The notes under the pieces were generated by a model, which saw only the letters and a program-made list of their open reading frames with translations, ran no database searches and was not told the origin of the DNA. Shown here one piece after another: positions 16,307 to 27,300 of a stretch of 32,000 bases of DNA. The translations under genes were made by a program, and so were the position numbers. Each line of letters begins with the position of its first letter. Positions within the stretch are counted from its first letter, which is position 1. This DNA comes from Ruminococcus albus 7 = DSM 20455 (lineage in GTDB: Bacteria > Bacillota > Clostridia > Oscillospirales > Ruminococcaceae), in contig NC_014833.1 of NCBI RefSeq assembly GCF_000179635.2, forward strand, positions 1,650,001-1,682,000, in the 5' to 3' direction.

Positions 16307-18796
16307 TCAGATAACAGTTACAAGAACTGCATTCCTGATCGCATTTGCAACATCCCATGTGCCGTTGACCTTAGCAGCGATAGCTACCTTGTAGCTCATG
16401 CCGGGTGTAAGGTTCTTAGGAGTTACATATGACAGAGTAGAACCGGAGATAGACTGAGTCTGAACTCTCCATTTGCCTGCCAGATAAACTGCGATACCGT
16501 AGTTCTGAGCATTGGAAACTGCGCTCCATGTAAACTGTATCTGATGATACTGAGCGCTGTAGTTCAATCTGATATTCTGAGGATAAGTATCGCCGTAAGT
16601 CTGCTGAGGATCAGGATCGGGATCTGTATTAGTCTTTTCGGGTCCCTTGATGCCTGTACCTGCTACTGCACCGATAACTTCATCAACGTAGAATGAAGTG
16701 GTAGAGCTGTCTGTCTCAACATAGATCTGAACATTTGATGCGCCATCGGGTATCTTGAAGTTCTTGTTTGCAAGCTGTGTCCACTGACCCTTTGTTACTG
16801 TTTCAGTAGCGATCTTGGTGTAGTTGGTAGTGCCGCTTGCATCGTCATACTGCATTGTGAAATGGAACTTATCGGTAGAAGGACCTTCAAGGTAGTTTAC
16901 TATAGCACTGAAGCTGTATTCTGTACCTGCCTTGAATGCGCGAGTATCAAGTGTATAAGAAGCACCGTTCCAAGCGCTTTCTCTGCCTGATACATACAGT
17001 GAGCTGTTTCCGACGAATGCAGTGTTGGTGCTGGATGCTATGCTTGCAGCACCTCTTGAATTGAAGTTGTCGGTAGAACCTTCAAATCCGTAATTGAAGT
17101 ACCAGCCGTACTGATTGGGCTCAATAGGCTTAACTTCAGCGCCGCCGTTGAACTTGGAACCATCGCCCCACTGGCTGTCGGGGATGATAGAAGTTATGTA
17201 GTTGTATGCGGTCTTGGGCTGATTGTTTCCATCATAAAGCAGAGGCAAGTTTCCGGTTTTGCCTACCCAAGAGTTATTATCGTTAGGACCCCATACCTGA
17301 ACAAGTGTAACCTTACCCTTGTACTTGCCGCTCTTGTTTACGTCAACACAGTGCTGGAAAATAGCCTTATACTTTTCTGCCTGCTGCTGATCAGAATACT
17401 TATAACCGTCACGGGAGATATCAAGCTCAGTTACCTGAACATCGATACCCAGGCTGAGGTAATCATCCATTGCAGCCAGGTATTCCTGAGTTGAACCCCA
17501 AGAATTGTATGCACTGCAATCAATATGTGACTGCATACCCATACCGTCCAGCAGACCCTTGTTGTGCAGAGGAACAAGTATAGTATTCTTTATGCAGTTT
17601 TTCTTATCACGAGCGAACTCATTGTAGTCGTTGTAGTAGAGCTTGCATCCCTTAGGTGCATACTTTCTTGCATAAGTGAATGCCTTTTCAACGAATGAGT
17701 TATTTCCGTAAACTCTTACCCATGCAGAGGAACCGTTCTGTCCGTTAGTTCCGTTGGTAGGACGCAGACCACCGTTATTGGCAGTTCCGTCATATATTAC
17801 CTCGTTACATACATCATAAGCGTAAAGGTTTACAGAAGGATACTGTGTAGCGTAAGCATTGAACATATTCTTGATGTAGCTTTCCATACGCTGATCCATA
17901 GTGTAGGAATTTACATAGCCGTTGTTGTTATTGAATCCCTGCTTGAAGAACCACTCGGGAGTCTGGCTGTGCCATACCAGTGTATGACCACGGAAAGCGA
18001 TATTGTTCTTTGCGCAGAAATCAAGTATAGAAGCGCAGCGGCTGAGAGATACTTTAACATTGGTATCGGAAGAACCGTTCTGAACGATAGTAGCATCGGG
18101 CTTAGTCTCGTTCTCGCACTCGATAGCATTGTGATCTTTGAGCATTATGCCTTTGATAGCGGAATTATTAACTGTATTTCCGTTCAGGATATTACCTACA
18201 CGGAAATAGTCAGCAAACTCATCCTTCAGACCCTTTCCGTAAGGAGCTGCTGCAGCTATAGCAGCTGACTTCTCGGCAGTTACCTTGACATCATCAAAGA
18301 TGAAATCGTCAGTATTATCGTTAGTAAGAGTCAGTTCATATTCGTATGTGTTTTCAGGTGCCTTGTAATCTGCTGTAAGTTCAGCCCACTTGCCGCCCTT
18401 GACTTTCTTTTCGTCAAGAGTTACAACAGTCACTTCATCTGTCTCTTCATCAATGTACTTCAGATCAAGTCTGAATGTGGTATCCTTTTCACTTAATACC
18501 TGCATGGAATAATCGTACTTAACTCCACCGAAAAGGTAAAGTCCCTTTGATGAAGCTGCACCGTCTTCGGTTGAAGTACGTCCTGTGACCTTCATACCTC
18601 TTGAAGAATCATAACCGCCGTTATCAATAGCAGTAAGTTCTATCGAGGTGTCTGTGCCGTGCCAACCATCATAGTTGATCTCAAAACTGTCGTAAACTAC
18701 TTCCTGTGCGTAAACAGGAGCAGTAAACTGTGGCATAGCTGTTGTCAGACAGCTGAGAGCCATCAGTGATGCCAGAATTTTCTTATGCTTCTTCAT
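16307..18796 (-). CDS. Secreted GH10 endo-1,4-beta-xylanase: CBM4_9/CBM22-like, GH10, CBM4_9/CBM22-like, PD-rich linker, FN3-like module; no dockerin
   Basis: The signal peptide is MKKHKKILASLMALSCLTTAMPQFTAPVYA. GH10 signatures are FRGHTLVWHSQTPEWFF, YAYDVCNEV (acid/base Glu) and DVQVTELDIS (nucleophile Glu). Carbohydrate-binding beta-sandwich modules flank the catalytic domain. The linker is DPDPDPQQ. Confidence 0.93.
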   Translation of the reverse strand: MKKHKKILASLMALSCLTTAMPQFTAPVYAQEVVYDSFEINYDGWHGTDTSIELTAIDNGGYDSSRGMKVTGRTSTEDGAASSKGLYLFGGVKYDYSMQVLSEKDTTFRLDLKYIDEETDEVTVVTLDEKKVKGGKWAELTADYKAPENTYEYELTLTNDNTDDFIFDDVKVTAEKSAAIAAAAPYGKGLKDEFADYFRVGNILNGNTVNNSAIKGIMLKDHNAIECENETKPDATIVQNGSSDTNVKVSLSRCASILDFCAKNNIAFRGHTLVWHSQTPEWFFKQGFNNNNGYVNSYTMDQRMESYIKNMFNAYATQYPSVNLYAYDVCNEVIYDGTANNGGLRPTNGTNGQNGSSAWVRVYGNNSFVEKAFTYARKYAPKGCKLYYNDYNEFARDKKNCIKNTILVPLHNKGLLDGMGMQSHIDCSAYNSWGSTQEYLAAMDDYLSLGIDVQVTELDISRDGYKYSDQQQAEKYKAIFQHCVDVNKSGKYKGKVTLVQVWGPNDNNSWVGKTGNLPLLYDGNNQPKTAYNYITSIIPDSQWGDGSKFNGGAEVKPIEPNQYGWYFNYGFEGSTDNFNSRGAASIASSTNTAFVGNSSLYVSGRESAWNGASYTLDTRAFKAGTEYSFSAIVNYLEGPSTDKFHFTMQYDDASGTTNYTKIATETVTKGQWTQLANKNFKIPDGASNVQIYVETDSSTTSFYVDEVIGAVAGTGIKGPEKTNTDPDPDPQQTYGDTYPQNIRLNYSAQYHQIQFTWSAVSNAQNYGIAVYLAGKWRVQTQSISGSTLSYVTPKNLTPGMSYKVAIAAKVNGTWDVANAIRNAVLVTVI
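16310..16585 (-). other. C-terminal FN3-like module, copy B (shared with the LRR protein)
   Basis: YPQNIRLNYSAQYHQIQFTWSAVSNAQNYGIAVYLAGKWRVQTQ...TPKNLTPGMSYKVAIAAKVNGTWDV. An identical 26-nt run TACAAGGTAGCTATCGCTGCTAAGGT occurs in both copies. Confidence 0.6.
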
Positions 18797-18892
18797 AATA
18801 AGAAGCTCATCTCCTTAATAGATCATTTTTGTCGATCGACGTTTGAAAAAATGAATAACCGAAAATAACATATAGTTATTTTTTCTAACTAT

Positions 18893-18922
18893 ATTGTACA
18901 ACAATCGGCATATATATTTCAA
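18893..18922 (-). promoter_or_regulatory. Possible xylanase promoter
   Basis: On the minus strand: TTGAAA, an 18-nt spacer, then TACAAT. Confidence 0.35.
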
Positions 18923-18926
18923 CCTA

Positions 18927-18940
18927 AAATCTGCAGATTT
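18927..18940. promoter_or_regulatory. 14-bp perfect palindrome between divergent promoters
   Basis: AAATCTGCAGATTT. Confidence 0.3.
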
Positions 18941-18963
18941 GGTGAAAAAATGAAGATTATATA

Positions 18964-18991
18964 TTGAATTTTGTAATTAATGTGCTATAAT
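18964..18991 (+). promoter_or_regulatory. Extended -10 promoter of the sensor gene
   Basis: TTGAAT (18964-18969), a 16-nt spacer ending in TGc, then TATAAT (18986-18991). Confidence 0.55.
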
Positions 18992-19064
18992 AAGAATTAG
19001 TAATCAATTATATGCGTATTACATGACCGCTAATTAAAACCGATCACATATCAAGGAGTTGAAC

Positions 19065-20789
19065 ATGAGTAATGATCATCGTCCGCTCATAGGCGTGATA
19101 ACAGCCCGGGCATCACAGAGTGAACAGCGGCAGCTGCTCAAAGGCATACTTTCAAAAGCTGATGAGCTTGGCATAGATATCGCTGTATTTTCAAATGTAT
19201 ATAACTTCGTGGAGTATTTTGCAGACGTTGAGGTGGAAAACAAGATCTATGAGCTTGTCCGCTCAGAACGCCTTGACGGAGTGATAATCACATCTGAGTC
19301 ACTTATCTTTCCCAATCTGCAAGAAAGAATATATGAACATATAAAAGGTCTTGATATACCTATCGTGATAACCGATGCTGAGGTAGAGGGATACACCTGT
19401 ATAAATACTGATGTCAGGAGCGATCTTATGAATATCGCCCGTCATCTTACGGATGTACACGGGATAAAGGATATAGATATCATAACAGGTCCCGAGGAGT
19501 TTGAAACTTCCCGTCTGCGTGTTGAAGGTGTCAGGAAGATCATGGAGGAGCGGGGATTGCCGTTTGGCGATGAGAATATTATATATGGCAATTTCTGGAA
19601 TAACACAGGTGAAGATCTTGCGGAGGAATACCTGAGCGGAAACCGCAGACTTCCTCAGGCTGTGATATGTGCCAATGATTATATGGCATTCGGACTGCTG
19701 GATAAATTGTTAGATCATGATCTGAATATACCTGAGGATCTTACTGTTATAGGGTATGAGCATATCGGTGAAAGGATATATCACTCTCCCGTACTGACCA
19801 CCTATCAGCGCAACCGCGCAGCTATAGGCGCAAAAGCAGTAGCGATGATATATTCAAAGCTTACAGAGGCGCCTATGGAAGATATAAGTATTTCGGGCTG
19901 CATGATCTGCGGTGATACCTGCTCGTGCGGGGTAGAGAAAAGATATCTCCGAGACGAACTGGTTGAGATAAGACAGATGAAACTGTATAACGATCTGAAT
20001 TTCTTTGGCAACTTTGAACAGCAGTCTGTTACCTGCCGCTCTATATCCGACTATATACGCACCCTTCAGGATTTCTCCTACCTGATAAGAAATGTTTCGG
20101 GAATATACCTTTGTCTTCATGAGGATTGGTGTTCACGGTCGCACAAGTCCTCTGTAAAAGAGTATTCAAACAATGAACCTATGATATGCTACCGTATCAT
20201 CAGTCCCGAATACGGTTCCGACGATCCTGCGGTTTTTACAAGGGGTCAGCTTTTTCCTGCAGAACTTACGGGCGCAGGGGATAAAAAGTTTCTTTTCTTT
20301 GCACCGTTGTTTTCAGAGGGCAAGGAGTTTGGGCATTTTATTTTTCAGTACACCACACCGGGCTCATATGATCCTGTAATGATAGAATGGCTCAAAATTA
20401 CTGTAAATGCACTTCAGGTGCTTCGTATGAAAAACGATATAAACACCCTCCTTGAATGCACTAATCTGTCAGAGTATCACGATACAGCTACAGGTCTGTA
20501 CAACAAACAGGGTTTTATAAATGAGCTTGACAACGCCTGCAAAAAGCTGAACGATAAGGAAAAGCTTCCTCTTATTATGATACGCACAGGTATCTTTTCC
20601 GATGATAGCCGTATCGATAAGAAAAATCTCTCCGTAAGGCTTGATGTTGAGATCGCAGAATGTCTTAACCGTATTGCTGCTGATATCAATGGTTTCTGCG
20701 GAAAGCTTTCTGATAAGCAGTATATCCTTACGACAGTAGGCATAAAGAAGTTTTCAGACAACCATTGTAAGACAGGTACAGCAAGCTAA
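19065..20789 (+). CDS. Cytoplasmic LacI/PBP1-type sugar-binding-domain protein without an HTH, an unknown middle domain, and a degenerate, C-terminally short GGDEF-like domain
   Basis: RBS AAGGAG precedes ATG 19065. The N-terminal PBP1 pattern is IGVITARASQSE...AVICANDYMAFGLLDKL...DLTVIGYE. The GGDEF-domain entry is HDTATGLYNKQGF, but the signature position reads LSDKQY and the ORF ends about 21 aa later. Confidence 0.8.
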   Translation: MSNDHRPLIGVITARASQSEQRQLLKGILSKADELGIDIAVFSNVYNFVEYFADVEVENKIYELVRSERLDGVIITSESLIFPNLQERIYEHIKGLDIPIVITDAEVEGYTCINTDVRSDLMNIARHLTDVHGIKDIDIITGPEEFETSRLRVEGVRKIMEERGLPFGDENIIYGNFWNNTGEDLAEEYLSGNRRLPQAVICANDYMAFGLLDKLLDHDLNIPEDLTVIGYEHIGERIYHSPVLTTYQRNRAAIGAKAVAMIYSKLTEAPMEDISISGCMICGDTCSCGVEKRYLRDELVEIRQMKLYNDLNFFGNFEQQSVTCRSISDYIRTLQDFSYLIRNVSGIYLCLHEDWCSRSHKSSVKEYSNNEPMICYRIISPEYGSDDPAVFTRGQLFPAELTGAGDKKFLFFAPLFSEGKEFGHFIFQYTTPGSYDPVMIEWLKITVNALQVLRMKNDINTLLECTNLSEYHDTATGLYNKQGFINELDNACKKLNDKEKLPLIMIRTGIFSDDSRIDKKNLSVRLDVEIAECLNRIAADINGFCGKLSDKQYILTTVGIKKFSDNHCKTGTAS

Positions 20790-20814
20790 AAATATTACCG
20801 AAAGGGTGCTTACA

Positions 20815-21054
20815 ATGATTGATATGATTTACAACCTCCGTGTGGGCGATATTCACGCCGCTGAGTTCTCTGACGAGTGGAGCAAGCTCTGCATTCCGTT
20901 TGAAAACTCTCTGAGTGAGGCGCAGATTGAAGTGTTCCACAAGATACTCGATTGCGTAAGCGAAACTTCCGCTGCTGAGATGAGAGCAGTTTACAAGGCA
21001 GACTTCAAGGTGAGAGAACTTAATTGTATGATTTCAGATTTTTTGGGGGATTAA
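20815..21054 (+). CDS. Hypothetical small helical protein (79 aa from ATG 20815)
   Basis: The ORF has a weak RBS (AAAGGG). It resembles, from memory only, small proteins carried on Firmicute mobile elements (pattern ..G.I...E......W.KL......LSEAQ.E.F). Confidence 0.5.
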   Translation: MIDMIYNLRVGDIHAAEFSDEWSKLCIPFENSLSEAQIEVFHKILDCVSETSAAEMRAVYKADFKVRELNCMISDFLGD

Positions 21055-21193
21055 CAATCCGATTTCTTGATGAGTGATGACTTTTTAATACAAATCTCCT
21101 AAAAATCGCAACAGCATTTCATTCTACTTTAATAGAAATGTTCAACAATTAAATATGTGTTTGTTTGAAATATGGATTTTTTTAATATTGGTC

Positions 21194-21222
21194 TTGAATC
21201 TCAATTAGTTTAATGGTATAAT
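21194..21222 (+). promoter_or_regulatory. Extended -10 promoter of the RHS toxin gene
   Basis: TTGAAT (21194-21199), a 17-nt spacer ending in TGg, then TATAAT (21217-21222). Confidence 0.6.
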
Positions 21223-21304
21223 TCATACATAAGCTATAATTGAGGAATATATTTTTAAGCGAGTAAGGTGTAGAAAGTAGCTAAAATATTCCGTGAAGTA
21301 GGAA

Positions 21305-24300
21305 GTGAGTGAGAGTATGGATTATAGAAAGAATTGGAAGAAACGAAGTGTTTCAGTTGCATTGAGCGCAGCAATGCTAACAAACATGGCGGCTGTTATC
21401 CCAACGGCAGCAATTGAAGAATTCAAGAAAAATAATGAGATAATTCAATCTCTGAAGAAGCAGGCAGCACATGAAGAGGCTTTTGACTACGCTCTTATCA
21501 CAGGGAATGCTGATACGACTCTTGAAATGAATGCTCAGAAGATCGACATAACAGGTGATGTGCATTCAAACAGCAATTTTATCTACCGAGGATCGGAGAT
21601 CGTTATCAACGGAGCTTGTGAAGCATCAAAAAATACAACAATTAGTGTTTCCGATAGTGAGTATCTTGACAAGATATATTCCGTTGATGATGATACAGAA
21701 CTTGTTTCAGTTCCTGACTATGCGGAAGAAATTCATGCGCATTTGCTTGAGCAAAATGTTCCCGAGTATTACGATTGGACGAGTTTTAGTGACCGCTATG
21801 TTGATATAAGCAACGGAATATGCGTAGATGGAACGTTAGGCGTTTACTCAAGCCAGTTCACAGGAAACGGCATTATTTATGCAAAGAACAGCATAAACTA
21901 TTCAGTTGGTGAAATCAGCAGTGCGGATGGCGGTATGGTCGTACTTTGTGCCGCAAACGGAGATATAAACATTTATGCCTCAAACACCACTATCAATGGT
22001 ATCATCTATGCTCCGCACGGAACAGTGACTATTACAGGGCAGAATGTCACGATAAACGGCAGGATAATAAGCGACAAGTTTAATTTCTGGGGTTCAAACC
22101 TTACCATTAATAAAGGCGAAGGTGATCTGGATCTTTTGGATTTTCTTTTCCTTCCGGCTCCCGAAATATCAAGCGATGGAGAATTCAAGGAGAACAGAAA
22201 AGTAACTTTCGATATTTCTCAGACAGAAAAAATCGATAAAGTTGCAAAAGAAGAAACAGTGTGGACTTTCTCCAAAGTTGATGGCGAAACCAAAACAGAA
22301 GCTGTTCAAGGAGAAGATTATGTCATTGATGAAAGTTCGTCTGACGGATTCATCAAAAACATGATCTTCAAAAAATATGGTACTTATGAAGTTTCGGTCA
22401 CTGTGAGATCCGGTGATTCGGAAAAGACAGGTTTGCAAACTATTGAAGTCATCCCGGATGTTGCTCCTATTGTTGATTTCACGTTAGACAATGATTATTA
22501 TTATCGTGACCCCGAGAATGGCAGCAAAGCCTCAATTCCCCTTAAGGACCATTCATATTCTGTAGACAATGATGAGATAGGTCAGCGTATATGGACTGTT
22601 TATTATGATGCTGATAATAACGGAGTTTTCGATGAATCTGAGGGAGAGATCATAAGTGATTCTAATGAGAGCGAACTGACTTATACAACTGGGAAGGTAG
22701 GCAAATACAAGGTAGAACTTACGTCTGTAGAAACGTTCAGTGATACTATCCCGAGCCTTATAACACAAGATGATTACAGACGTGCTGATACCGGCGATAA
22801 ATCTATTGAAAGCAAGACTTTTACAGTAGGAAACATTGCTCCCGAAGCAAGTGTTGATGTGGGGCTTGCAAAAGATGTTGACCTTGTTTTCACAGTCGGC
22901 TCGGCAGATGTAGAAAAGATACAGCTTTATGCCGATAGGATAGAGCAGATAAAGGCAGAACTTAAAGAACAAGGCTACAATGTATATCTGTCAACAGTTT
23001 CCACTTCAAGTCTTACGGCAAAAGATACATTTGCGTGGGACGAATATGACCATTATGATTATCAGGATTGGTATAACATTAAAAGACCAAAACATATAAT
23101 CTATGACGAGGACAATATTCAGATGGTAGGATATTGTTGGCAGGCATTGCGTGACTTTCTTTATGTTGAAGATAAAAATGAATCACAGAAAATATTCACT
23201 TTTGACATTCAGCGTGATAAGACCGACTGGCACAGCATGGAAGGCGGCGGTTTTCTTTTCAATACTTCTATAGAAGATGGAGTTATCAAAGGTTTTTATG
23301 TGCTTATAACATGCTCCGGACTTCAACTTTCTCAGATAAAAGGGGTAAGTGTAGAGGACTTCCAAAACGGAAAGAGAAATTCTATAACCGCTTTAAAAAC
23401 TTTCAAACTTGACAACCTGTACGATGAGCATAACATCAAGATAGTTGTTGATAAAAAGTCATTGTCAGTATGGGACGGAGAGAAACTCGTTATTGACAGC
23501 TACTCTCTTCCCGAAAATGATTATGGATATGGTTATGGACCGATAACCTCTCATGCAAGTCACGGCTGCACTCAGCAATCTTACTTTACTTTTGCTAATA
23601 TAAAAATGCAGACCATATCCGGTGAAAAGCTCTCCGATGTTTTGGCAAACTATGATTGGAAGAGCAAAACAAGCCGATATGTTATAAATCTGAGTGATTC
23701 CGAGCTTGATGAATTTGAAACCGATGAGGAGCTTGCTGCTGTTTCAAAGCAGATACTTGAAAACGAGCTGAACTTCATAGGTATAGGAAATGGTGAAAAC
23801 AGCGCTCAGTATACAGATATTATAAATTCGGCTGCGGGAAGCGGTATATATCTTGATGCTGAGGATACTGATAACTCTCCCGAAAACCTTTCAAATTATG
23901 TGGTAAGCAATGAGAATTCAAAGAATTTCTCAGTAGATTATTATGTTGCAAAAGATCAGCCTATCAGATATATCGATTCGTACAAGGATCATGAGAAAGA
24001 CCCTATGTACTCTGAAAGTTGGGAATACGAGTACGACCCGTCTGTATTCTATAATGAGTCCGGCAGTACCGAGGTCAAAAAATTCTCTTCCGATAAAGCA
24101 ATAACTGTTTTTGAAGAGGCAGGCGCATATACTATGCGTCTAAAGGTAAGAGACAATCCGGTCGGCGATAATGACTCATTGGATGAGTACAGATTATGGT
24201 CAGGCGAAAAGTCTTATGAAAAAGTTCTGATGGTCCATAACAGACCTGTTGCGGAACTTACCGTGAATGTATCGGAAAACCCGAATGACAAAAATACGGT

Positions 24301-27300
24301 GATAATCAACACACAGGATAATTGTTATGATAAGGATCATATTTCTGATGCAGATAAAGGGATCGTATCCAAATCATATAAATGGAAAAAACTCTATGAT
24401 GCAGAATGGACAGACGGTCCTATCCCTAACAAGGTAGAGATCGGCGGTATTTATATTATCTGCCTTACAACGGTTGACAAAGAAGGTCAGATAAGCTATC
24501 CGAATATTCAGATAATCAATACAGCAGATTTCCTTGTTCCGGAAGAGGCGGAAGATAAAGAGCCGCCTGTTATCGAGCTTGAACTTGAAAAAACTAAAGC
24601 GAATGCGGGCGAGAGTGTAAAGATCACTGCGTATGCTTCGGATAACATAGGTGTCGATACCTTTGAACTCTACATTGACGGAGAGCGTGTCCTTGACCAT
24701 GCAGGCAGAATTTTCTACACGGGTGATAAAACCGAAACAGTAGAGATAAAAGCAATTGCAGTAGATATTAACGGTAATCGCTCTGAAGAAACACAGCAGT
24801 TAACGATCGTTGACAATAGAGATAAGACCGCTCCTACAGTAGAGATAGAATCTCCCGAAGACAGAGCGATAATGGATTTCTCTGTTCAGTTTGTTGGCTC
24901 GGCTTATGATGACACTCTGCTCAAAAATTATAGGTTGGAATACAGAAGACAGGGTGCAGGCAGCTTTAACATTATCGCCGAATCAGATCATGAAGTAAAA
25001 AGCGGAATACTCGGCGAATGGAATGTCGAGGGGCTTGAATCGGGAATTTATGAGGTCAAGTTGTCGGCAGAGGACGGTGCAGGAAACTCCTCATATGTTA
25101 TCTATCAATATGAACTGAAGCCGAATAAAGAGAGCGGTATTGTAGATACTGAAACCGTTGACCATGAAGCTCCTGTCATCATTCTGACATCTTCTAAAGA
25201 TAAAGCAGATGTTGGTGAAGAAGTTAAGGTGACAGTTGATGTAAAGGACGAATCCAAAATAGATGCGATCCAAGTCTACATTGACGATGAACTTATTATG
25301 GACGGTTCTGGAAAGATAACGTTCAGCAGAGGTGAGCCGGTAGTTTCCAAAATAAAGGTTTACGCTTCCGATGAATTTGGAAATATATCTGTAAAGGAAC
25401 TTTCTGTAATATTCGTTGATGACAGCGACTACGATCCGCCTGTTACCAAAATAGACACACCAGAGCATGCAAGCACCATAAGCGGCAGCGTTGATATTAC
25501 AGGAACAGCAGCTGATGAAACGGAATTATTAAGGTATAGGCTGGAGTATAAGGCTCAGAACGAAGAATCTTATACAGTCTTTGCCGAAATGTATAATCAG
25601 GTCGAAAACGGCACGCTCGGAACATTCAACACTTCTGCACTTGCAGACGGTGTGTATGATATTCGCCTGACAGCAGAAGATAAGAGCGGTAATTCCTCAT
25701 ATGTTCAGTACTCTTACATTGTAGACAACAGTGAAAATAACAATAATAACGATGAGGATACTATCAAGCCTGTCATAGATCTGGTACTCACTAAGACCGA
25801 AGCTGATATAGGCGAGGAAGTGACGGGTATCGTTTCTGTGACCGATAATAAGAAGCTTGAAGCAGTAAAGGTATATCTTGATGACGAGATCATACTTACA
25901 AGCAGCGGCAGCTTTACATTTACCAGAGGAAAAGCCGCAGCTGCAAAAATAAAAGTATATGCTGTTGACAGTGCCGGGAATATGGCAACAGAAACTGCGG
26001 AATGCGTATTTATTGATAACAGTGATAAAAAAGCACCTACTGCAAAAATAAGCTCCCCCAAGCACGCAAGTGAGGTCAGCGGAAAGGTCGATATCAAGGG
26101 TACGGCAAAGGACGATGAGGAACTTTTAAGATATACTCTCGGCTACAGACTTTCCGGAACAGACGATGTCATCATTTTGGCTGAAAAGACCGAAGCTGTG
26201 GATAATGATATTCTCGGCATACTTAATACCGAAAAGCTTGTAAACGGCGTGTATGACATTGTTCTTACAGTTGAGGATAAGGGCGGCAATAAAACTGTAG
26301 CCCAAATCTCATATATTGTAAATAATGAACAAGAGGGAACAGGTCTTATTGAAACTGATGACGACAAGGACATTATCGACCCTGTAATAAAACTTGCATT
26401 GTCAAAGAATGTTGCGGGGATCGATGATAAAGTAAAGGCAAGCTTTACCGTTACAGATAATAAGAAAGTAAGTTCGATAAAAGTATATGTTGACGGTAAG
26501 GAAACAGAATATAAGAATAATCAAGTTGAATTCACTTCAAATAAAGTCGGAAAAATAGAAGTGAAGGTCGTTGCTGTTGACAGCAGCGGAAATAAGGCAG
26601 AGAAAAAAGCGGTTTGCAGTTTCTATAATTTGAGTGATAACACTCCGCCCGAATTGGATATAGTTTCTCCCGAATATTACGAAACAGTAGAAAAGCCGAC
26701 TGACATTATCGGTTCTGTCTATGATGAGACCGAGCTTGCCTATTATAAAGTCGAGTATCGTCCCAAGGGAGCAGAAAAGTACACAACACTTAATAAGAGT
26801 ACCGAAGAAAAACATAATGAATCCTTGGCTTACTTCGATACTACGGTTTTGGCAAACGGCATTTACGAGTTTAAGGTGATAGCTGAGGACTTTGGCGGCA
26901 ACACTACAACTTGTGAATTCCAATATGTAGTTGACGGAACACTTAAAGTCGGGAATACAAACCTCGGATTTGAAGATGTTAATACCAAAATATCCGGCAT
27001 AGGAGTTTCGGTCGCAAGATACTACAGCAGTTCAAACAAGCTGTCGGGCGATTTCGGCATGGGCTGGACACTCGGTCTTGGCGGTATAAGACTGTACGAA
27101 ATGAGCAGTATTGCAGAAGGTTGGGAACAGCAGTATGATCGTCAGATTGGCAATTTCTTAAGCACTGTTTATACTGTCAGTGAATTAGTTTCACACGATG
27201 TTGTAATAACATACGGAGACGGAACTTGTGAACGGTTCAAAGTGAAATTAGACCCTGCAAGTCACTCTTTTGTTCCGCTGCAAAACACTTCAATAAAATT

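Noticed and set aside
17911-18268. Small ORFs on both strands inside the xylanase gene
   Set aside because: They are embedded in the GH10 catalytic-domain coding sequence and have no independent signals.
24563-26937. Regular ~600-bp periodicity, and the ~69/138-bp periodicity at 5600-6700, as possible CRISPR or satellite arrays
   Set aside because: Both are in-frame protein repeats (Ig-like units and LRR units). The copies are diverged, and there is no short identical direct repeat with unique spacers.
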